From Carpediemonas membranifera BICM (taxonomy: Eukaryota > Protista > Fornicata), in contig JAHDYR010000024.1 of assembly GCA_019828565.1 (NCBI GenBank), forward strand, positions 6,434-70,433: DNA of 64,000 nt, in the 5' to 3' direction. The notes under the pieces are model-generated. The model was not told where the DNA came from and searched no databases. It worked only from the letters and a program-made list of their open reading frames with translations. A program made the translations under genes and the position numbers. This document shows positions 47,618 to 57,543 of this stretch, piece by piece (the first letter of the stretch is position 1; each line of letters begins with the position of its first letter).

Positions 47618-50443
47618 TCACGTTTTACGATCAACCTCACTAAGGTCCGCGATCGTGCTGGAGCAAGCACTCCTCAATGCTGCTCCAGGCCTCAACGAGG
47701 CAACAGAAGTGCTGTAATCGAGGCGTAGGACGTCCTCGATATAGCGTATCAGTGATTTGGTATCCACCCAAGTGCCCTTCGCGGCCACGACGGGAATGGG
47801 TATGCCCGCAAGGACCAGGTCCGCCGCGCTGCCGCGGCGAAGGCCATGAAGCCTTGCCCTCGAGGAGCGAAGGATCCCCTTAATCTGGTCCTCAAGCTCC
47901 GAGAACGCAAAAGACCAGAGTGGATCCTCCTCCCCAGCGTGGGCGTCCATCCGATTAACGACGACCTCGGAGAGCCAATGCGCAGGGTCCAGCTCGCCAT
48001 CGACCCTTGGTACCAGCTTCTCTATGACCTCACGCCGCGTCTTTGTGCCCTGTATTGCCACGCGCAGCCCTCGCCGACCATCAGTGGACACGTCCCTCAT
48101 CCGCAAAGAGAATATCTCCATAGGCCGCGATGTGGTGGCGTAGATGGTGAGCGCGAAGGCGAACGCCTCTCTCCATAGGGCCTGCCGGCGGGCCTCCGGC
48201 GTGGAGGCGTGGAGTCTTGCAGCTAACATCTGGGCCCTGATGGGCAGGGCTGGGCCCATCGGTCGACCAAGCGCGTCTCTCGCCTGCTCGATAACCACCG
48301 CCGTGCCGTCCACGGGGACCTCCCAGGGGACAACCCGGTCGAAGAACCTCACTATTAGGTTCCACTTCGACATGATGGTGGGGCGAGCCACCCTCTCCGC
48401 CTGGTCGTGTGCCCACATTCGAACGAGCTCGGTGTCGCCACGGGCCTCGGTGTGGCTGTCGCGGAAGTCAGCGAACTGCTGCAAGACCCCGGCCACGTGT
48501 CTCTTGTCCTTGAATCTGGCTAGCATGTCACTGCTGACGGCCTGGTCGAAGACCTGATGACCATGAAGAGGGCCATGAGCCTGAACGTCCCGTCCGACTG
48601 GAGCGGTGTGACCTCCGACAGGTCTGCCTCCTCCTTCCGAATCCTGAAGTAGAGCCGGTGCTCCGAGAGCTCTCTCAGTGCCATCGCTGTTGGAGAGCGG
48701 CTGTCCGACACAAGCAAGACCAGAGCATCCGGACATGCTGAGGGGGAGCTGGGATGGTCCATCTGGAGGCGTTGCAACTTCGAATAGACCTCCAGCAGCA
48801 GGCTGAACGGGACTACTGCCAGCCACCTGCCGACTGACCAGTCCTTGTCCATGAACTGTATGCTCCCGGAGGCCTCTGTCGCGTCCTGCTTTGCTCCAAG
48901 CCACCCGGAGGGCCATATCTCTCCTTGAACCGGGCCCCACGTCGTGATTATGCGCTCGAGCATCCGTCTGGGTGGTGATAATGTCTCGGATCGAGATAAG
49001 GCGTCGGCAGTGACGTTGAGGTGACCTGACACGTGCACGGCCCTGACCCTGATCTGTCGCCTGCTGAGCGTGGGCAGCAGGGCTCGGAGGGTCTGGTCCA
49101 CCACCTCTGGCGCCTTTGTAGACCCCTGGTGGTTCCACCAGGCCACCGCCGCAACAGAATCCGAGAAGATAGTGATCTCGCTCGGGTCTCGAAGGTGTTG
49201 GAGAGTGAGCTCCACAGCCTGGCAGAGGGCTCGAAACTCTAGCAGGGTGATATGCTCCCCCTTCGGGGCCGAAACAGCGAAGGTGTGAGGGTCCTGGCCT
49301 GGGATCAGGAGGACTCCGCCGAGGCCGGCCTCCGAGGCGTCCGTCATCACCGTAACCTGAAGCTTCGGGGACATGCCCCACAAGTGGGTGAGCTCCAAGA
49401 AGCTGCGGACTGGGGAAGGGCGACTCAGGCGGGCTTGCCAATCGATGAGGGCCGCCTCTGCCTCGCCATGGACTCTCGTCCTGTATCGGGCCTTGATGTT
49501 GGCCAAGCAGCGTTGGATAGGCCTGATGGCCGCCCGGCCCTCTGGCCAGACTATCGACGCAAAGCCCAGGTTCCCGAGGAGTCTCTGCAGGCTGTGGAAG
49601 GTGACGCCCTGCTGGAGAGCCTCCTCCACTCTGGACAGGTACTTGTGGCGCTTCTCCTCCTGAAGGGAGACTCCATGCTTCCTCGAGTCGAGCACGAAGC
49701 CAAGGAAAGTCGTCGTGGGCGATGGTGTCAACTGGGATTTCTCCCGGTTGATTACGAGGCCTAGGTCCGTAAGCAACCGAACTATCCCCGGCATCGACGA
49801 CTCTAACAGGGCTTTCGGACCGCAGAAAAGCCAGTCGTCTAGGTATATCGTCAGGTTGATACCCGGGAAGGCACGCGCGACAATCTGTCCGGCGGTCATC
49901 ATGACCCGTTGAAAGTGGTAGGGTGCCGCGCTCCATCCAAACGGCAGGACGTTGAAGCAGTAGGGGCGCCCGTCTACCACAAAGCCCAGGAGTGTCCGGT
50001 CCTGCGGTCGGATGCCCAGCTGATAGTACCCCTTTGTCAGGTCGATGCGCGTCATGTAGTCGTTCTCTCTCATCTGGCAGATGGCTTGCCTGACGCCTCG
50101 AAGCCGGAACGACCTTCTCTCGAGCGACACTGCATTGAGTGACCTCAGATCGTGAATGAGGCGCGTCTCTACAGGTGTCTTCGGCACGGTGAAGATTGGC
50201 GAGATGAGACTCGGTGCCCGGCACGGGCTGGCCGCTCCCAAGGCGAGCAGCGTCCTTAGATGATCTCGGAAGGCCTTTCGATCCCTCGGCCGCGGTGAAG
50301 GAAGGCTGGGGTGCCTCGGCCGCGCACTCACCGAGATGGGGATACCCTCTCGTAGCCACGAGACCACCTCGGATGGCGCGTGTAAGCGCTCCCAAAGGGT
50401 CCAGCGGCTGTTGATGCACGGGAAGGGTCTCATCTTCGGGCAC
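47618..50443 (-). CDS. E4 tyrosine recombinase
   Basis: SRPME; GTKT; HGLRRG; GTW; IRY. Confidence 0.9.
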   Translation of the reverse strand: MPEDETLPVHQQPLDPLGALTRAIRGGLVATRGYPHLGECAAEAPQPSFTAAEGSKGLPRSSKDAARLGSGQPVPGTESHLANLHRAEDTCRDAPHSRSEVTQCSVAREKVVPASRRQASHLPDERERLHDAHRPDKGVLSAGHPTAGPDTPGLCGRRAPLLLQRPAVWMERGTLPLSTGHDDRRTDCRACLPGYQPDDIPRRLAFLRSESPVRVVDAGDSSVAYGPRPRNQPGEIPVDTIAHDDFPWLRARLEEAWSLPSGGEAPQVPVQSGGGSPAGRHLPQPAETPREPGLCVDSLARGPGGHQAYPTLLGQHQGPIQDESPWRGRGGPHRLASPPESPFPSPQLLGAHPLVGHVPEASGYGDDGRLGGRPRRSPPDPRPGPSHLRCFGPEGGAYHPARVSSPLPGCGAHSPTPSRPERDHYLLGFCCGGGLVEPPGVYKGARGGGPDPPSPAAHAQQATDQGQGRARVRSPQRHCRRLISIRDIITTQTDARAHNHDVGPGSRRDMALRVAWSKAGRDRGLREHTVHGQGLVSRQVAGSSPVQPAAGGLFEVATPPDGPSQLPLSMSGCSGLACVGQPLSNSDGTERALGAPALLQDSEGGGRPVGGHTAPVGRDVQAHGPLHGHQVFDQAVSSDMLARFKDKRHVAGVLQQFADFRDSHTEARGDTELVRMWAHDQAERVARPTIMSKWNLIVRFFDRVVPWEVPVDGTAVVIEQARDALGRPMGPALPIRAQMLAARLHASTPEARRQALWREAFAFALTIYATTSRPMEIFSLRMRDVSTDGRRGLRVAIQGTKTRREVIEKLVPRVDGELDPAHWLSEVVVNRMDAHAGEEDPLWSFAFSELEDQIKGILRSSRARLHGLRRGSAADLVLAGIPIPVVAAKGTWVDTKSLIRYIEDVLRLDYSTSVASLRPGAALRSACSSTIADLSEVDRKT
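48520..50433 (-). CDS. E4 RT / RNase H / MT-like ORF
   Basis: LPFGW; YLDD; TDAS; FSDS; HLNVTADALSR. Confidence 0.92.
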   Translation of the reverse strand: MRPFPCINSRWTLWERLHAPSEVVSWLREGIPISVSARPRHPSLPSPRPRDRKAFRDHLRTLLALGAASPCRAPSLISPIFTVPKTPVETRLIHDLRSLNAVSLERRSFRLRGVRQAICQMRENDYMTRIDLTKGYYQLGIRPQDRTLLGFVVDGRPYCFNVLPFGWSAAPYHFQRVMMTAGQIVARAFPGINLTIYLDDWLFCGPKALLESSMPGIVRLLTDLGLVINREKSQLTPSPTTTFLGFVLDSRKHGVSLQEEKRHKYLSRVEEALQQGVTFHSLQRLLGNLGFASIVWPEGRAAIRPIQRCLANIKARYRTRVHGEAEAALIDWQARLSRPSPVRSFLELTHLWGMSPKLQVTVMTDASEAGLGGVLLIPGQDPHTFAVSAPKGEHITLLEFRALCQAVELTLQHLRDPSEITIFSDSVAAVAWWNHQGSTKAPEVVDQTLRALLPTLSRRQIRVRAVHVSGHLNVTADALSRSETLSPPRRMLERIITTWGPVQGEIWPSGWLGAKQDATEASGSIQFMDKDWSVGRWLAVVPFSLLLEVYSKLQRLQMDHPSSPSACPDALVLLVSDSRSPTAMALRELSEHRLYFRIRKEEADLSEVTPLQSDGTFRLMALFMVIRSSTRPSAVTC

Positions 50444-50481
50444 TGGAGGGGGGGGTTGGTGGATGGTGGGCTGAGGGTGGT

Positions 50482-50577
50482 CGTGAGGAGAGCGGTCGTG
50501 AGGAGGGTGACCGTGAGGAGGGTGACCGTGAGGAGGGTGATCGTGAGGAGGGTGATCGTGAGGAGGGTGATCGTGAT
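50482..50577. repeat. 15-bp tandem repeat (CGTGAGGAGGGTGAY), ~6 copies, between E4 gag and RT
   Basis: Direct inspection. Confidence 0.8.
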
Positions 50578-50598
50578 GATGATGATGATGGTTTGGAC

Positions 50599-51102
50599 TT
50601 ATGAGCGGTTGTTGCCGGGGCGCTTCGGGCCCTGGCCGCCTCGCTTTCGAAAATCCTTGCCTGGCTTCTCCGTAAGGCGGGGGTTCTTCGAGAGCGTCCG
50701 GAGGACCAGGGTCTCGATCTCCGACTCGGTCATCTCTGGCTTCTCGGCCAGGGCGGCGCGACCGGCGGTGCTGACCGACTGGCCGGCGAGGTAACCGTAG
50801 CGATCCTTCACCCAGAGCACCCGGTGACGGAGGTAGAGTCGGGCGAGGATGGCGAAACCGCTGAGGCGACGGAACTTGAATCCGCGGTACATCTCCTCAA
50901 TAAACTCGGCCTCCTCCTTCATCGTGTTGGAAGCTGGCCGTTTCCAGTTGATGAGCGACTCGTCGGATAGCATCTTCACCATGGAGGAAAGGTTCGAAGT
51001 TGGTTGTGCGATCTTTGTGGTCTCTTCGAGTTGTTTCTTCAGTTGCTCGATTGCATCTTGCATCTCCTTGATCGTGGCGGCGTTCTCAGATTCCTCAGGC
51101 AT
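50599..51102 (-). CDS. E4 gag-like ORF1
   Basis: RLYLRHRVLWVKDRYG, closely similar to E5 ORF1. Confidence 0.85.
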   Translation of the reverse strand: MPEESENAATIKEMQDAIEQLKKQLEETTKIAQPTSNLSSMVKMLSDESLINWKRPASNTMKEEAEFIEEMYRGFKFRRLSGFAILARLYLRHRVLWVKDRYGYLAGQSVSTAGRAALAEKPEMTESEIETLVLRTLSKNPRLTEKPGKDFRKRGGQGPKRPGNNRS

Positions 51103-51240
51103 TCTGATGACTTATTTCGCTTCTCCTTCGTTCTCTGGGTTCCTGATTTGATCTGGTCCTGATTTGGCCTCAATCTGATGCGAATCAGAATGCCTCGACC
51201 GCTCAGCCGAAGATTGTCCACTACGCTGGCCTTGCCAGCT

Positions 51241-51313
51241 CCACCGATAGCAGAGTCGACTGATCCCCGGCTTCTGTTGCCGGAGGTCGCGGGTTCGATT
51301 CCAGTTGGGGTCA
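51241..51313 (+). pseudogene. tRNA-like sequence (pseudo-tRNA or SINE head)
   Basis: 73 nt; A-box-like TAGCAGAGTCG at position 8; perfect B box GGTTCGATTCC at 51292-51302; 5-bp stem with 7-nt loop; acceptor stem poor. Confidence 0.6.
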
Positions 51314-51738
51314 GACTTTCCACAAAGCTCAGTGGAAACGAAACAAAAGGAGCAATAACGCGAGACGTACTCAGGTCCGGCGAGTTAACAGGACGTTGAG
51401 GGAAGAGCCGAAGCCAAAGTGGGCTAGGCAATGAGGCCATGGAACCCGCAGCCGAGGGGCACCTCTTGCCACTGCGGGGTGGCCACCTTTATCCGCCGCG
51501 AGGCGTGAGTCGGTTGACCGGTGGTACGGTCACCGACGCGAAATATTTCCGCTTACACAGACAAGAATAGCGTAAATATTTCTCCCCCCCATGGGTTCAC
51601 ATTTGACATACCCAATGTCTGCTTGTCAGACTGGTAGGTGAGCGGAGCGCCACGCCCACGCTTCGGCTGAGCGGTCGAGGTTAATCTGATCGAATTGATT
51701 CCGATCAAATCGTCGCAGTTCAGGAAAGAGAGCAAAGA

Positions 51739-52251
51739 ATGGCAAGCATGAACGCCAATGAGCAAGAAGAGCTAACGCAAGCGACGGCCAAGATCGCAGA
51801 ACTCTCCGGAGCTTTGGACAAGCTAAAGGAGCAGCTCGATGACAAGACCGAAGAGAGGAAGCTCAAAACCACCGTGGCTCAGCTTCAGGAGGAGGCAAAT
51901 CTTTCCTGGAAACGCCCTGCTTCCCAGTCAATGAAGGAGGAATCTGAGTTCCTCGAAGACCTCTATCGAGGCTTCAAGTTCGGACGCCTGAACGGCTATG
52001 GACTGCTCTCGCGCCTGTACCTCCGCCACCGTGTTCTGTGGTGTAAGGACCGGTATGGTTACCTCGTTGGTCTCTCGGTCGCCACTGCCGGCTCGGCGGC
52101 CCTCGCAGAGAAACCCGACATGGGCCCTGAGAAGATTGACAGCGAGGTTGTGTTTAAGACTCTGGCGAAGAACCCGCACCTCAAGGAGCGAACGAGACAG
52201 GACGAGGATTTTCGGAAGCCGAGGAAACCCAAGAGGGCAAACAATCGGTAA
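51739..52251 (+). CDS. E5 gag-like ORF1
   Basis: Homologous to E3/E4 ORF1. Confidence 0.85.
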   Translation: MASMNANEQEELTQATAKIAELSGALDKLKEQLDDKTEERKLKTTVAQLQEEANLSWKRPASQSMKEESEFLEDLYRGFKFGRLNGYGLLSRLYLRHRVLWCKDRYGYLVGLSVATAGSAALAEKPDMGPEKIDSEVVFKTLAKNPHLKERTRQDEDFRKPRKPKRANNR

Positions 52252-52675
52252 ACCGCCCTCTGTCCAAAATTCATCATCATCATTCATTCCCTCCTCTTCA
52301 TCCATGTCCTCCTCAATCTCCTCCCCCATCGCCTCCTCCCTCTCCCCCACCGTCCCCTCCAACGTCCCCTCACCCATTACCATCCCCTCAGAGCCATCTG
52401 ATAGCGCTAGAGACCAATTGCGCGGAAACACGTCCATTCCCGAGCATCAACAAGACGTGGCGGCTCTGGAAGGCATTAGGCGTGCCATCAGAAGTGGTCA
52501 CGTGGTTGCACGACGGCGTACCAATCTCCCTGTTCAGCAGACCGCGGCATCCGAGCCTCCCACCAGTGCGGTCGCAGGACAGGAAAGAATTCCGTCGCCA
52601 TCTACAGACGCTCCTCCACCTCGGAGCAGCAGTGCCGATGCGAGCACCGACGCTCGTCTCTCCGATTTTCACCAT

Positions 52676-55600
52676 TGTGACCCTAAACTGCGGGAGTTGG
52701 TTGCATAAAACTCATTCGTAATACGGCACAATATCGATATTACCGGTGAAATGAAGCAATTCACGACTAATGATCCAGAAAGCGCAATCCAGGCGCTCGC
52801 GGATTACACCACTGCAATTATCCACGAGAGAAACCCAACTTCTTTCATCCAAACGCTCACAGCGGACACGGTCGCGAAGTTAAAGCGTGATTGGCGTCCG
52901 ACAGCGAAATTTCCCACTCTTGAGAGCCTCCAGACCTCCATTATGTCTGACGCCGAAGCCCGAGCTCAGGCCCGTTCGGACGAGGCTCCGCAAGCTATAT
53001 CCCACAATCCCACCGCAGATGCAATCGCCAAGCGTTTCGCTGCTGCCTTTGAGGCGGCCTGCAAGCGAGCGCAGTACGCAGAGTGTGTGCGGGTCTCTTC
53101 AAACTTCAAGGACCCGGCCCTCACCAGCCTGACAAAGGAGTCAATCTCAGCAGAGATACAACGCGCAATCCCGGAGGCCACTGAGAAGGCCAGGACATTC
53201 ATCACCTCGTACATGAAGGACCCCGCGGCCAACAGATGGTCCGACCTCTTCAGCGCCGCAACCCCGACTGTCCCCGTGCCTGACGGGACCGACATGACAC
53301 TCCCAGATTTCTCTGACAAGGTCCCGGAGCCCACCATAGATGAGAAGCCCGACCTGGCCGCCTGGCCAAAGCGTGCTGATTTCCCCGACGTTTACGCTTA
53401 CCTCCGCGCCGAGGCAAAGGCGATCATCCCCTACATCGTTTATACGCTCCTACCGACCCTCGACATGGGATCGAGACTGAAGATGGTGCGCGACAAGGCA
53501 TCCGGCCTTAGATTCTTCGGCCCAGCCGTCGAGCACCGACTCGCCGTCTTCAAGCTACGTAGGATCCTCAACGCTTACGATCCATGCGTCCCAGACATCG
53601 AGGCACTAACCTACAACTCGACTGAGCGCTTACTGGGGTCGATCTTCCTCAAGGGCTATAGCAAGGACGCCGAGGCTCTTTACGAGGACATCATCGAGGA
53701 CCCAGCCGAGTCAATCGACGATCTTCTTTCTCGCCTCGAGAACCTCGACGTCGATCACGACGAACGCGTTATTGTCCCGTGGCGGGCGTTCGCGGTAACA
53801 TCCCAACCCGCCGACCAGAAAGACAGCGGCCGTCGCGCCCCTGGCAAGCAAAAGCCGACAGTACTGCCCCATACAAGCGATCCCTATCTCCAGTTCAAAG
53901 ACAAGCACAAGTATGCCATCCCACAGCACTTCAACAAGTGGTGCAAGTCTCATGGGTGGAACAGTAACCATACGACAGAGTCATGCAGGTTCCTCGCACG
54001 GCAGAAGGACAACCAGTCCAAGGGCACCTCCGGCTCCTCTCAGCCGCGGAAGAACGACCAGAAGCAGACCAGCGGTACGCAGTCCGACCGTCGGGCCGGC
54101 AACATGTTCCTGAGGGACTCCTCAAAGCTTCGCAACTCGCGCGGCCAGCGCGACGTCCATGAATTCGACAACAACGCCTCAGATGACGCCGAGTCCGAGG
54201 ACGAAGGTGACGTCTATGAGGTGGGGGCTGTTGAGATCGACAACGACCCCATCAACGTCCCGGCCACGATCAACGGTGTCCAAATCAAGACGAAGTTCGA
54301 TATCGGAGCCTGCGTCTCAGTCATCTCGGAGCCCGCACTAGCGAAGGTCCCGAATTACCAGCTCATCGACACCTCAGTCGAGCTCTTCGGCGCCGGCGAC
54401 GAGGTCATCTCCATCGGTAAGGCCGCAAAGGTCGACATCACTCTCCCGTCTATCGATGGCAAGACCGTGCAGGCCACCGCATTGCTGATGGTGATCCGCG
54501 CCAAACGCCGAAAGGTCCTGATCGGCCGCGACCTCCTCAGAAGGTTGGGCTACCTCATGAACGACAGACTGCTGATCCCGTCATCCGCCACCATCTCCGA
54601 CAACGACAATCTGCCTCCACACCCGTGTCTCGACTCCTGCACAGATGAGATTGATGTTGATAACGAGTGGAAGAAGGTCCGAATCCCTTACGATGACAAT
54701 CCAGACCTCACTAAGTGGCTCGAAGGCTTCCTATACGAACGCCGCGAGCTCTTCGGCGAGCTGCCAGAGGACGGCAGCGAGTTGCGTCCACACAAGATCA
54801 CCCTGAAGCCTGGCGACCACAGGCTCCCGAAGGCAAGACCACGCCCCCTTAAGGGTTCCCAAGCGTCCAGCGCCGCCGCTGAAATCGACAAGATGCTCCA
54901 ACAAGAAGTCATCCGCCCAAGTGACTCGCCGTACTCATCCCCACACGTGATGGCGAAGAAGAAGAACGGTGAGGACAGGTTCTGCGTCGCGTATAACGTT
55001 CTGAATGAAGCCACCGAAGACGATCGCTACCCGACACCAGATATCCGCTCCTTCGTCCATGAGGCAAGCGGCTGCTCACTCTTCGGCACGCTCGACCTCC
55101 GAAGCGGCTACTGGCAGCAACGTATGGACCCCGACAGCGTCTCACTCACCGCCTTCACTATCCCAGGCGGTCATTACGAGTTTCTTCGTACCCCCTTCGG
55201 GCTCAAGAATGCCCCGGCCAAGTTCCAGAGAGCGATGGACGAGGTGTTGGAAGACTGCAAGAGCTCCAAAGCCTACGTCGACGATATCTTCACTTACTCG
55301 CACACGGAGGAAGAGTTCAAGAGCGCCATCACGGATCTCTTCGATCATCTACTGGCGGCCAACGTCAGACTGAAGGCCGACAAGTGTGCCCTCGGCCTCT
55401 CCGAGGTTGAGGTGTGCGGCTTCATCGTTAACGAGATGGGCAGATCCGTTGCCCCCGCTCGAGTCCAGGCCATCCGCGACCTCTTTCCTCCGACCACCAC
55501 GTCGGAACTCCGTCGATCCCTCGGCAAGTTCAACTACTTGTCGAATTACATTCCCCATCTCGCCGACGCCGCAGCACCTCTCAACCGGCTGCTTAAGGGC

Positions 55601-57539
55601 TCTCCGGGGAAGTCGTCCCCCGTGGCCTGGGGCGCCGAGCAGGACGCCGCTTTCGCTAAGATGAAAGACCTGGTCACCGAACACACGGCACTCGCCCTCC
55701 CAGACTTAGACAAGCCCTGGACCTTGGAGACCGATGCCTCCTCAGTAGCGATCGGCGGGGTCCTCTGGCAGGGCGAAGGAGTTGAGAAGGTTCCCCTCGC
55801 CTTTTATTCCAAGACCTTGGACGAGACTCAGCAAAGGTGGTCGACCGTCGAACAGGAGCTTTACGCGATCATCCACTGTGTAACTCGACCGGAGTTCTCA
55901 GCCCTCCTTAAGATTAAGCCGTTCTCTCTCAGAACCGATCATCGGAACCTTATTTGGCTCCTGAGAAAGACGGACGAGGAGGGCACGAAAAAGCTTACTC
56001 GCTGGCGCCTGACAATGACCGAATACCCCTACTCCATCGCCCACATCAAGGGCGTCCACAATGTCGTCGCCGACTCGCTGTCCCGTCCTAGCAGCGTCCC
56101 AGAGGACCGAGACGACCTCAAGGCCGCTATCGAACAGGTCTCCAGTTCTCACCGTCACCTCATCAACCAGGCCCACGCCGGTGCACAGGGCCACGTCAGC
56201 GTCGCTCAGACGATGGAAAGTCTCCGCAACGCCGGGCAGTCTTGGCCCGACATGAAATCGGACGTCCGGGGAGACCCTCAGAAGTTGCGCCGTCTGCCAG
56301 AAGGTTAGACCCCCTGCCCGCGAGAAGACGAAGTGGCACTCCACGCAGCGACTCAAGCCCTTCGAGACGGTCCAGCTTGACACAATAGGCCCCCTTCCGG
56401 AAGAGGCCGGCATGTCCTACATCATCACGATCGTGGATGTCTTCTCCAAGTTCACGATCCTCCGTCCGGTCGCTACTACAAAGGCCGAAGAGGCTGCAGC
56501 AGCGATGCTGGATGTGTGGTCCACGTTCGGAGTCCCAAAGGAGATTCAAACCGACCAGGGCACTCAATTCCGTAACGCCCTCATTGCCGAGTGTAACGCC
56601 ATCATCAGTCTTCAGCACAGGTTCTCAACCCCTTACCATCCGGCCAGCAACGGAGTCGTTGAACGACTCAACGGCACGATCATGTCTCGCATGAGAGCGC
56701 TCCTCCTAGACGCAGAGGACGGCAACTGGCCCGCCTATTTACCGCTCGCTCAACACGTCATCAACTCTACCCGCCACGCCACCACCGGTCGCTCCCCTTT
56801 CGAACTGCTGTTCGGCAAAGAATCGACGCTACGGGTCGCCCCGATCGCTCTGGCAAACGCCACGAAGAGCTGCACCCCTGGGAGCGTTGATGAAGGTGAG
56901 ATTGTCCGCTTCCAGGAGGACGTAGCCGCTCTACAAGCCCTCGCCCGCGTCAAGATTCGCGCGTACGAGGCGCGCAAGGCCAAGGCCACAGCAGACACTC
57001 ATGCGTGGGAGAGAGAACAATACGTTCTCCTGCGCTACCCGGGCAAGCCCCCGGCTAAGATCTACACCCCCCTGCGCGGACCCTTCCGCATGGAGGGGAA
57101 GGGCGAACACCCGAACACCTACCGCGTCCGTGACCTCGTCACAAGATGCGTCAGCACGGTCCACGCCGACAGACTGGTCCGATTCGAGACCGATTCTTCC
57201 GACACCGAGCTCGAGCGGATCGCCGCTTTCGAGCAAGGCGAACAGCCCGTCAAGGAGATCGTCGGTCACAAGAAGAAGAAGAACGGCTCATTGGAGCTCC
57301 TCATCCGTTGGGAAGGCCTCACACCCGACGAAGACTCCTATGTACCCTATAACCGGTACTATGACCAGCTAGCGGCTCTCGATGATTACCTCGTCGCTCA
57401 TCCAGAGCATGAAGCCGCGTTCGCCGCCGCCAAGAAGAAGTTCCGCAGTTCCGGGCGCCGTTAATGCGTCCGCATGGGGGGAAGTGTGACCCTAAACTGC
57501 GGGAGTTGGTTGCATAAAACTCATTCGTGACACGGCACA
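52676..57539 (+). mobile_element. Complete Ty3/gypsy chromodomain element G3
   Basis: 55-bp LTRs at 52676-52730 and 57485-57539 (2 mismatches); TSD CCAT; PPT GGGGGGAAG. Confidence 0.95.
52751..57464 (+). CDS. G3 gag-pol (G-run frameshift near 56268)
   Basis: FDIGA; PFGLKNAP; YVDD; TDAS; GHVS..CAVCQ; TDQG; LIRWEGL. Confidence 0.92.
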
Positions 57540-57543
57540 CCAT

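Larger units (their letters stand above)
46978..51237 (-). mobile_element. Complete YR retrotransposon E4 (A1-ORFs-B1-A2-X-B2)
   Basis: A 51109-51237 = 47152-47280; B 47281-47326 = 46978-47023; three uninterrupted ORFs. Confidence 0.95.
38414..51631 (+). mobile_element. YR retrotransposon E3 with nested insertions; RT domain deleted
   Basis: A1 38414-38561 = A2 46781-46923; B1 46735-46782 = B2 51587-51634; gag 38552-39070; RH-MT ~44696-45733; YR to 46586. Confidence 0.82.

Noticed and set aside
51488-51546. Hammerhead ribozyme in the X spacer (ATC-stem-TGA-stem-GAAA)
   Set aside because: The CTGANGA core is reduced to TGA and GAAA is absent in the other copies
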